Under the pieces are notes generated by a model. It did not search any database, had not been told where the DNA came from, and saw nothing but the letters and a program-made list of their open reading frames with translations. Shown piece by piece: positions 55,899 to 62,883 of a DNA stretch of 62,883 bases. Numbering within the stretch: the stretch's first letter is position 1; every line of letters starts with the position of its first letter. Origin of the DNA: Planctomycetota bacterium (lineage in GTDB: Bacteria; Planctomycetota; Phycisphaerae; Phycisphaerales; UBA1924); contig JBCBMF010000001.1 of NCBI GenBank assembly GCA_039822905.1, forward strand, positions 1 through 62,883, given 5' to 3'. A program made the translations under genes and the position numbers.

Positions 55899-57835
55899 GC
55901 TCGATCAAGCACCGCTCACCCGTCGTCCGATCGTTCCGGCTCGTGCTCCGCATGCCCTGCGAGGCCGACGAACGCATCACTGCGGCCGATCTCCCCGAAC
56001 CCTGCGCCGCCCTGCTCCGCACCGTCGTCAAACGCACCCGCCTCTGGCCCCGCGAGAAGGCCGACGTCGCCCGCGAGCTGATCGACCACGTCCACGACGC
56101 CCTCGCCGCCGAGCGATCGCCCGAGCAGATCGTCGCCGACTTCGGCAACCCGACCGCCGCAGCCAAGCTCATCCGTCGCGCCCGTAGACGCCAGCGCCAC
56201 CCGCTCCTCCGGGCCTGGACCGCCGCTGTCAAGATCACCGTCGTCAGCCCGGTCGTCCTGCTCGGGCTCTACGGCCTGCTCTGGATCTGCTTCCATATCG
56301 GTGACCCGACCATCACGACCAACTACGCCGCCATGATCGAAGAGCGCTGGCCCGACGCCGGCCCGGGCCGACCGCCCTATGAGGTCTACGAGCTCTCTCG
56401 GATCAAATGGAACGACGTCTCGCTCCCGCTCGACGAGCTGGCGCGCGAGAAACTGCAAGATCAGAGATGGTCGCCATCCCCCGCGGCGGATGTCCCGCAC
56501 CTCGACCCATCGCACCCGATGTTCGACGACGTCGCCCGCGCGTTCCGCGAGTTCGCGCCGCACCTCGACGCCGTCGCTTCCGCCGCCGAACGCCCGGGCC
56601 ATGGCACGCCCATCGCGAGCGACCTTCGCTCACCCGAAACCTACCTCGATGCAACGGTCGACCCCGAAGACCGGCTCACCGAGATCGTGCCATTCCCAGA
56701 GAACATCGCCAATCAGCCGCCGCTCTGGAGCGTGCTGCTGCCCCACCTCGGCTGGATGCGCACGAACGCGCGGCTGCTCGCGTTTGACGGGAGACTCGCA
56801 CTCGCCGAGGGCGACGCCGACCGCTTCGTCGCCCGCACGAAATCACAACTCGATCTCGCTCGGCAGGCGTCGAAGGACGGCATCATCATCTGCGACCTCG
56901 TAGCCGTCGCGATACACAGCCTCGCCTGCGCTGAGGTCTCCCGAGCCATCCGAGACCGCCCCGAAGTGCTCTCGCCCGAGCACCTCAGCAGCCTCGCGAA
57001 CACCATCACCGCCTCGCACCACCGCGTGCTCACCGTCCGGTTCGAAATCGAACGATTCATCACCCGCGACGTGCTCCAGCGATCCTTTACCGACAACGGC
57101 CGCGGCAACGGGCGGCTCACCAACGAGTCCTACGACATCATCATCGCCGACCTGGGGTTCAACGACTTCGGCTACGTCCCCGATACCTATCAGCCCGGTA
57201 CGGGCACCAAGCTGCTTGCACCCCTCGTCGCGACGATCGTCGCCGACAGACAGGCCCAGCTCGACGTCATCGATGATCAGATCAGCCAAGCCGAGGCCGC
57301 GCTCGCTCGGGGCCCCAGCGCCATGCCAGATGTGATCGCCGCAAACCAGCGCCTCGCACAACGGTTCGGCAGCAATTTCGCAAGGACCCGCTACTTCGTC
57401 GCCGCGATCCACTCCCCCTCGACCGACCGGATCCTCGAGACCGTATTCAAATCGAGGGCAATGTCCGATGCGACCCGTGCCGCCCTCGCCGCCGAAACCC
57501 ATCGACGCCAGCACGGAAACTTCCCAGAGTCCTTGGACAACCTCGTACCGGCTTACCTTCTCGCCGTGCCCGAGGACCCGTTCGCACCCGGCACCCCCCT
57601 CCGCATGCTCACGCTCGGCGAAACCCTGATCATTTACAGCGTGGGCCAGGACGCCGACGACGACCAGGGTGCCCCACTCCTCGACGGCACCGGCGGCCGG
57701 GCCAACCACTCCTTCAGCGTGCGCTACGCCGCCACCGGATCAGAACGGCAGCGTCGACGACCGTTCTTCGTCCCGATCACACCAAGCTCCGACCCGGGCG
57801 ACGGCGACTGGGTGCTCTACCCGCCCGCCGACTAG
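55895..57835 (+). CDS. membrane protein with PadR-associated N-terminal (HAAS/DUF1700-like) domain and a large extracytoplasmic region
   Basis: The ATG at 55895 overlaps the padR stop (ATGA). [42 protein letters not shown], then a TM helix [18 protein letters not shown]. About 500 aa of uncharacterised sequence ends in [14 protein letters not shown]. Confidence 0.7.
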   Translation: MSSIKHRSPVVRSFRLVLRMPCEADERITAADLPEPCAALLRTVVKRTRLWPREKADVARELIDHVHDALAAERSPEQIVADFGNPTAAAKLIRRARRRQRHPLLRAWTAAVKITVVSPVVLLGLYGLLWICFHIGDPTITTNYAAMIEERWPDAGPGRPPYEVYELSRIKWNDVSLPLDELAREKLQDQRWSPSPAADVPHLDPSHPMFDDVARAFREFAPHLDAVASAAERPGHGTPIASDLRSPETYLDATVDPEDRLTEIVPFPENIANQPPLWSVLLPHLGWMRTNARLLAFDGRLALAEGDADRFVARTKSQLDLARQASKDGIIICDLVAVAIHSLACAEVSRAIRDRPEVLSPEHLSSLANTITASHHRVLTVRFEIERFITRDVLQRSFTDNGRGNGRLTNESYDIIIADLGFNDFGYVPDTYQPGTGTKLLAPLVATIVADRQAQLDVIDDQISQAEAALARGPSAMPDVIAANQRLAQRFGSNFARTRYFVAAIHSPSTDRILETVFKSRAMSDATRAALAAETHRRQHGNFPESLDNLVPAYLLAVPEDPFAPGTPLRMLTLGETLIIYSVGQDADDDQGAPLLDGTGGRANHSFSVRYAATGSERQRRRPFFVPITPSSDPGDGDWVLYPPAD

Positions 57836-57890
57836 CCATCAACCGACAGCCATCCCCGCCATAAACTCCCCTGATCCACGGAGGGAGCCC

Positions 57891-58703
57891 ATGCACCAAT
57901 ACCACGACCTGCTCCAACACATCCTCGACCAGGGCGTCACCAAAGCCGACCGCACCGGCACCGGCACGCTCTCCGTCTTCGGCCACCAGTCCCGCTACAA
58001 CCTCGCCAACGGCTTCCCCCTCGTCACCACGAAGAAGCTCCACACGCGCTCGATCATCCACGAACTGCTCTGGTTCTTGTCTGGCTCCACCAACGTCAAG
58101 CCCCTCCAAGACAACGGCGTCAGCATCTGGGACGAGTGGGCCGACCCCGACACCGGCGAGCTCGGGCCCGTCTACGGCTACCAGTGGCGCTCCTGGCCAA
58201 CCCCGACCGGCGAGTCGATCGACCAGATCGCGAACCTTCTCCGCCAGCTGAAGGAAACCCCCGACAGCCGACGCCTCATCGTCTCCGCCTGGAATCCCGC
58301 CCAGATCGAAGACATGGCCCTTCCCCCCTGCCACTGCCTCTTCCAGTTCTACGTCGAGCCCACCACCGCAGGCCCCGACCGCCTGAGCTGCCAGCTCTAC
58401 CAGCGCTCCGCCGACGTGTTCCTGGGCGTCCCCTTCAACATCGCCAGCTACGCCCTGCTCACCCACATGATCGCACAGACCGTCGGCATGACCCCCGGCG
58501 ACTTCATCCACACCCTGGGCGACGCCCACCTTTACGGCAACCACCTCGACCAAGCCCGAGAGCAGCTCAGCCGCGAACCCCGCGACCTGCCCACCCTCAC
58601 GCTCAACCCCAGCGTCGCCGACCTCTTCGCCTTCGCCTACGACGACATCACCATACAGAACTACGACCCCCACCCGCACATCAAGGCCCCAGTCGCCGTC
58701 TAA
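57891..58703 (+). CDS. thyA: thymidylate synthase (ThyA type)
   Basis: [74 protein letters not shown] lies upstream of the ATG. Confidence 0.96.
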   Translation: MHQYHDLLQHILDQGVTKADRTGTGTLSVFGHQSRYNLANGFPLVTTKKLHTRSIIHELLWFLSGSTNVKPLQDNGVSIWDEWADPDTGELGPVYGYQWRSWPTPTGESIDQIANLLRQLKETPDSRRLIVSAWNPAQIEDMALPPCHCLFQFYVEPTTAGPDRLSCQLYQRSADVFLGVPFNIASYALLTHMIAQTVGMTPGDFIHTLGDAHLYGNHLDQAREQLSREPRDLPTLTLNPSVADLFAFAYDDITIQNYDPHPHIKAPVAV

Positions 58704-58792
58704 ATCCGCACCCTCGCTCCAGCGGGGAGAGGGTGGACGAGCGCAGCGAGGCCGGGAGAGGGAAGGCAGGCGTCTTGACCCTACCGTGAGTG

Positions 58793-59314
58793 ATGCCCCT
58801 CGCCATCATCAGCGCACTCACACTCAATCGCGTCATCGGCCGCGCCGGCGGCATGCCGTGGAAGCTCCCCGCCGACATGAAGCACTTCAAAGCGACAACC
58901 ATGGGTTGCCCCATCATCGTCGGGCGAAGTACCTTCGAGACCGACGCCGGCGTCCTGCCCGGTCGCCTCAACATCGTCGTCACCCGCCAGCCCAACTGGT
59001 CCGCCGAGGGCGTGGAAGTCGCGGCATCTATCGACGAAGCGCGATCGATCGCCGCGGAACGCGAGCCCGACAAGGACGCCTTTATCATCGGCGGCGGCGC
59101 GATCTACACCGCCGCCCTTCCCATCGCCGACCGCCTCGAGCTCACCACCATCCACGCCGTCCTCGAAGGCGACACCCACTTCCCGGACCTGCCCGCCGAC
59201 ACCTTCGACCTCGCCCGATCGCAGCACCACGCCGCCGACGAACGCCACGCGTTCGCCATGACGTTCCAGACGCTCACGCGGCGCTCGACCGCACCGACAC
59301 AGAATCGCCCCTGA
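58793..59314 (+). CDS. folA: dihydrofolate reductase
   Basis: IISALTLNRVIGRAGGMPWKLPADMKHFKATTMGCPIIVGRSTFE and FIIGGGAIY. ATG at 58793 (GTG at 58790). Confidence 0.92.
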   Translation: MPLAIISALTLNRVIGRAGGMPWKLPADMKHFKATTMGCPIIVGRSTFETDAGVLPGRLNIVVTRQPNWSAEGVEVAASIDEARSIAAEREPDKDAFIIGGGAIYTAALPIADRLELTTIHAVLEGDTHFPDLPADTFDLARSQHHAADERHAFAMTFQTLTRRSTAPTQNRP

Positions 59315-59332
59315 AACGCGACCAACGCGTTT
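59314..59332 (+). terminator. possible intrinsic terminator after folA
   Basis: AAACGCG-ACCAA-CGCGTTT forms a 7-bp stem ending in TTT. A further TTTTTT run lies at 59352-59357. Confidence 0.4.
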
Positions 59333-59560
59333 GGTTCGGTGATTCACGCACTTTTTTGTGACATTGCTGGCACCTTTCCCGATCGGGTGTAGCTTCTCGT
59401 CGTCCCGGCGGTTACCGGGGCCCGTCCGGAAAGCCGGATGGCTCTCCGTGGGGGCTCGCCAGCCGGCACCACACGGGTCGCACATTGGTGTCGGGTGGTC
59501 GGCAAGAAGCCAAAGCCCAGAAGAAACGTCCGTTCCGCAAATCTGCAGGAGATACATGAG

Positions 59561-60181
59561 ATGAAGACCGTTGCACTTCTCGCTTTCGCTGGCGTCGCCT
59601 CGACCGCCGCCGCCCAGGACCTGACCATCAACGTCGTCGAGCGTGTCGGCGGCGGCACATGGGACGTCACCGCCGTCCTCAACAACCCGGATCAGCTGAG
59701 CACGAACCCGATCGTGCAGGTCTGGGCCGATGCGGAGTTTCAGGTGACCGCCGCTTCGGGCATCACCATCGACATCGACGACAGCTCAGTGAACGCGGCC
59801 TACACCACCACGCTTGGCCCATTCGTCATCACCGATGATGGCACCAACAGCGTCGGGTTCGTCGGCAACGCCAACTCGTTCTTTGGAACGCCCGACGCCA
59901 GCAACCCGCTCAGCGTGCTCACGTTCACCACAAGCTCGGGCAGCACCCCCGACACCCCTGCCGTTGCAGACTTCCAGCTCGTCGGCCAGAACTCGGCCCT
60001 TTTCGATCAGCCGCCGTTCGGTGAGGTCATCCTTTACCAGGACGCCCTCGGCAACCTGACCGATCCGCTCACCGGCGAGCCGTACGCTCCGTTCAACATC
60101 AACATCGTCCCGATCCCCGCACCGGCCTCGGCCGCGCTGCTCGGCCTCGGTGGTCTCGCCGCCGCCCGCCGCCGTCGCTAA
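59561..60181 (+). CDS. secreted PEP-CTERM-like protein, paralogue family member 1
   Basis: AGGAGA RBS. Signal MKTVALLAFAGVASTAAAQ. Conserved blocks IVQVWADAEF, AYTTTLGPFVITDDGTNSVGFVGNANSFFGTPDASNPL and LVGQNSALFDQPPFGEVILYQDALGNL. C-terminus VPIPAPASAALLGLGGLAAARRRR. Confidence 0.8.
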   Translation: MKTVALLAFAGVASTAAAQDLTINVVERVGGGTWDVTAVLNNPDQLSTNPIVQVWADAEFQVTAASGITIDIDDSSVNAAYTTTLGPFVITDDGTNSVGFVGNANSFFGTPDASNPLSVLTFTTSSGSTPDTPAVADFQLVGQNSALFDQPPFGEVILYQDALGNLTDPLTGEPYAPFNINIVPIPAPASAALLGLGGLAAARRRR

Positions 60182-60206
60182 TCGACGAAAGTACGGCAAC
60201 AGGTTT

Positions 60207-60247
60207 CACAGCCGCCCAGCCGCCGCGTTGGGCGGCTGTGCTTTTTG
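60207..60247 (+). terminator. intrinsic terminator
   Basis: 12-bp stem CACAGCCGCCCA / TGGGCGGCTGTG (60207-60218 / 60229-60240), followed by CTTTTTG. Confidence 0.8.
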
Positions 60248-60596
60248 CGTTCTATCACCCGCGACGGTCCGAGCTGCGGTCGCATAATTGGAGTTATCGG
60301 ACGCTACGGTCCCCGCAGAACCAGCGCTGAGCAGCGAAGTTGATTTCTTAATGCACGGTCTTCGGCGCGGCCCGACGTACCCTGTTGCACGCCCCCAATC
60401 GCACTCAAGCACGGCAAAGATACCTATCAAATATCTATCAAACTGTGTCAAGATGGAGCATCCTGACGCAATTCTTTTTTCGAGCCGGGTTGCAGACCTC
60501 TTGTTTGTCATTTCGGGTTGCTGTACACTCCGCCACGATCGTGTTTCTTCGCGGGACGCAATCGTGGAAATGTTCATCCTTGAGGAGAGAAAGACA

Positions 60597-61184
60597 ATGA
60601 AGACTCTTGCTTTGATTGCCGCAGCTGGCGTCGCTTCGACGGCGACCGCTCAGGACCTGACCATCACCGTCGACACGCCGGACAACTCGTTCACCAACTG
60701 GGTTGTTACCGCTGAGATCACTGATCCGGCCAGCGTCAGCGCCAACGCCATCGTTCAGGTGTGGGCCGACGCGTCGTTCGTCATCAACGGCTCCAACATC
60801 AACATCGACCCCGCCAGCGTGAACCCGGCGTACACGACCACGCTCGGTCCGTTTGTCATTAGCGACAACGGCACCGACTCGGTCGGCTTCGTCGGCAACG
60901 CCAACTCGTTCTTCGGCACGCCCGACAGCAGCAACCCGCTCACGGTCCTCGAGTTCACTGCTGACGGCATCCCGACCTCGCTCGACCTCGTCGGCCAGAA
61001 CTCGGCGATCTTCGATCAGCCGCCGTTCGGTGAGGTCATCCTGTTCCAGGACGCTCTGGGTAATCTGGTCGACCCGAACACCGGCGAGCCCTACGCCAGC
61101 TTCGAGGTTATCATTGTTCCGGCACCGGCCTCTGCCGCACTGCTCGGCCTCGGTGGCCTCGCCGCCGTCCGCCGCCGCCGCTAA
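60597..61184 (+). CDS. secreted PEP-CTERM-like protein, paralogue family member 2
   Basis: GAGGAGA RBS. MKTLALIAAAGVASTATAQ. The same blocks as member 1, with long stretches of near-identical nucleotides. C-terminus VPAPASAALLGLGGLAAVRRRR. Confidence 0.8.
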   Translation: MKTLALIAAAGVASTATAQDLTITVDTPDNSFTNWVVTAEITDPASVSANAIVQVWADASFVINGSNINIDPASVNPAYTTTLGPFVISDNGTDSVGFVGNANSFFGTPDSSNPLTVLEFTADGIPTSLDLVGQNSAIFDQPPFGEVILFQDALGNLVDPNTGEPYASFEVIIVPAPASAALLGLGGLAAVRRRR

Positions 61185-61225
61185 TTCGGCGACTGTCGCC
61201 TGCGGGTGACATCAATTCGACTTTC

Positions 61226-61255
61226 ACAGCCGCCCGGTTTACGCCGGGCGGTTGT
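61226..61255 (+). terminator. terminator-like hairpin related to the one at 60207
   Basis: ACAGCCGCCCGG-TTTACG-CCGGGCGGTTGT (one G-T pair). It shares the preceding TTTCACAGCCGCCC with 60204-60217. The T-tract is weak. Confidence 0.5.
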
Positions 61256-61665
61256 CGTTACGGGCCGCCGACCCATCCGTCATCGATCCCAAACGCAAGA
61301 CCACCCAAACCGGCGAATACAACTCTGTTTCGCCTTGATGATATGAATGACAAATGGAAAACGGCGGCTTTCTCCTGCTGCTCAGATCGGTTAGCCTCGA
61401 CAGGAAGCACCGCGTGCACATAAAGCACGCAGTGGAAAGAGCAACCGGATTGGGTTCGGATTCTGCAATGAGATCTGGTGCGGCACCCGCCGCATGGATC
61501 GTCGCCACACGAGCCATACGGAATCGTGTGCGTTCCGCTGGCTCGTCACAGGTGTGAAGCATCACTCTTGTTATTCGAAGTTGACCTGGCCCCGGACCCG
61601 CCGCGTTTGACGTAGCTCAAAGCGTGATTGTTGCGGCTCGACGCCGCAGAAAGTGAGACAAGACT

Positions 61666-62274
61666 ATGACACGCACAGCCCTCGTACTCGCGCTTGCCGG
61701 GTCCGCCGCCGGTCAGGACCTGATCGTCGACATCTACACGACACCCATCCCAAACACGTTCGTCGTCGGAGCCGAATTCTTCAGCTCGCTTCCCAGCGGT
61801 ACGACATCGATCACCTCCATCTGGGCCGACGTCGGCGTCGAGATCGAAGGAGCCGGCCCAGACGTCGAGTTCTTCTCGTTCAACCCGGCCTACGCCACAT
61901 CGCTCGGAGCGCCCGTTCTCACAAACGGGCCAACCGCAACCTTCGTCGGCAACACGAACCGGTTCTTCGGAACGCCCGACGCGTCCAACCCGCTCTTCGT
62001 CACTGCGTTCACCTACGACGGCCCCGCGTCCGAGCTGTCCCTCAGCATCGTCGGGCAGAACTCGGCACTCTTCGAAGGCCCAGGAAGCCCCTTCGGGATC
62101 GTCGAGCTCTACCAGGACATCGCTGGGAATCCTGGAACACTCTCGATCGGAACCAGCTTCTTCGGCTTCCCCTCGGTCAGCCTCGAGCAGGTCCCCTGGA
62201 TCCCAACGCCCGCGTCGGGTGCCGTCTTCGCTCTCGCCACTGTGATGCTCGGCAACAGCCGCCGCAGAAAGTGA
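61666..62274 (+). CDS. secreted PEP-CTERM-like protein, paralogue family member 3 (more divergent)
   Basis: MTRTALVLALAGSAAGQ. SIWADVGVEI, FVGNTNRFFGTPDASNPL, IVGQNSALFEGP. C-terminus IPTPASGAVFALATVMLGNSRRRK. Confidence 0.75.
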   Translation: MTRTALVLALAGSAAGQDLIVDIYTTPIPNTFVVGAEFFSSLPSGTTSITSIWADVGVEIEGAGPDVEFFSFNPAYATSLGAPVLTNGPTATFVGNTNRFFGTPDASNPLFVTAFTYDGPASELSLSIVGQNSALFEGPGSPFGIVELYQDIAGNPGTLSIGTSFFGFPSVSLEQVPWIPTPASGAVFALATVMLGNSRRRK

Positions 62275-62283
62275 CGCGACGCC

Positions 62284-62382
62284 ATGACACGCACAGCAGC
62301 CGTCATCCTCGTCGCCGGCTCGACCACAGCCCAGCCCGACATGCTCGTGACCGTAGAAGACTTCAACGGCGACGACAGCTGA
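62284..62382 (+). pseudogene. 32-codon 5' remnant of a further paralogue of the same family
   Basis: ATGACACGCACAGC is identical to the start of the 61666 gene. It encodes MTRTAAVILVAGSTTAQPDMLVTVEDFNGDDS and then TGA, i.e. a signal peptide and no mature domain or anchor. Confidence 0.5.
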
Positions 62383-62418
62383 ATCATCACAGCAGAGTTC
62401 ACGAGCACGCCGCCGCTG

Positions 62419-62883
62419 CTAGAGCCTCAGCACCGCGTGCAACTCGCCGAACCGATCGAGTCCCTCGCGCCCGCCAAGCGCTTCAAGCTCGATCAGCACC
62501 GTGATACCAAGGATCTGCGCGCCCACCTTGTCGCGAAGCAGCCCGCCGCACGCGCGGAGCGTCCCGCCCGTTGCGAGCAGGTCATCGACCAGCAGCACCC
62601 GCGTCCCCGGCTCGATCGCATCGGTATGAATCTCGAGCCGGTCCTCGCCGTACTCGAGCGCGTAGTCCGCGCCGTGCACCGACCCCGGCAGCTTGCCCGG
62701 CTTGCGGATCGGCACGAACCCCGCCGACAGCGACTGCGCGATCGCCGTCCCGAAGATAAACCCCCGGCTCTCGGCCCCAACCACCACCTGCACACCCTTG
62801 CCTCGATACGGGTTCGCCATCATCTCCACCGCGAGCGCCAGCCCGCCCGGGTCCGCAAGCAGCGGCATGAAATCCTTGAACAC
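62419..62883 (-). CDS. apt: adenine phosphoribosyltransferase (5' end beyond the window edge)
   Basis: FKDFMPLLADPG, VVGAESRGFIFG, the PRPP motif VLLVDDLLATGGT, and C-terminal LIELEALGGRE. The ORF runs off the right edge. Confidence 0.92.
   Translation of the reverse strand: MFKDFMPLLADPGGLALAVEMMANPYRGKGVQVVVGAESRGFIFGTAIAQSLSAGFVPIRKPGKLPGSVHGADYALEYGEDRLEIHTDAIEPGTRVLLVDDLLATGGTLRACGGLLRDKVGAQILGITVLIELEALGGREGLDRFGELHAVLRL

Noticed and set aside
58709-58735. Hairpin CACCCTC-N13-GAGGGTG between thyA and folA, and CCCCTCGC-GTGA-GCGAGGGG at 53399-53418 between the STAS gene and purN
   Set aside because: These are short stems without T-tracts lying between co-directional, probably co-transcribed genes. 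They could be attenuators or repeat fragments, but the evidence is insufficient to call features.
59365-59385. TGGCAC sequence resembling a sigma-54 -24 box upstream of the first PEP-CTERM paralogue
   Set aside because: The required -12 TTGC element at the correct spacing is absent (TGGCAC-CTTTC-CCGA).
61239-61565. 108-aa minus-strand ORF and 67-aa plus-strand ORF (61354-61557) in the long intergenic region
   Set aside because: There is no RBS, no recognisable motifs, atypical composition and mutual overlap. The region is more likely non-coding leader or decayed sequence. It is flagged only as part of the long-leader observation.

Overview
High-GC, densely coded chromosomal segment with about 60 protein genes. 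I see no rRNA, tRNA, CRISPR array, IS element or prophage signature. The gene content is LpxB, a PagL-like barrel, ExbB, many lipobox proteins, PEP-CTERM-type anchors ending in RRRR, a dockerin-like S8 protease, an HExxH+PDZ protein and a TPPII homologue. This suggests a diderm of the Planctomycetota/PVC type, which is inference only. Most of the window is housekeeping: htrA, panB, bcp, an AGCS symporter, lpxB, a two-component pair, rsmB, ptsN, ispA-dxs-nadK, marR-MFP-RND, yggS, gpmI, gcvP, nadB, purN, thyA-folA and apt (partial). Many long ORFs in the supplied track are alternative-frame or antisense artefacts of the high GC content, and several real genes start well inside their longest ORF. 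I re-derived those starts from the sequence. The observations most worth a second look are: (1) a D-amino-acid-oxidase homologue whose conserved segments are in circularly permuted order; (2) a full-length homologue of eukaryotic tripeptidyl-peptidase II carrying a lipoprotein signal, divergent from a MarR-RND operon with two palindromic operators; (3) nadK lying in frame behind the dxs TGA, with no ATG/GTG/TTG upstream of its conserved N-terminal half; (4) two tandem polytopic membrane paralogues with a C-terminal CxxC...CPEC zinc ribbon; (5) five PEP-CTERM-like surface-protein paralogues with a P-A-P variant motif, plus a 5' remnant; (6) an alanine/sodium symporter with an insertion of about 215 aa; (7) two small Gly/Tyr-rich lipoprotein paralogues sharing a 19-nt AT-rich upstream motif. 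I did not recognise a classical defence, toxin or mobile system.
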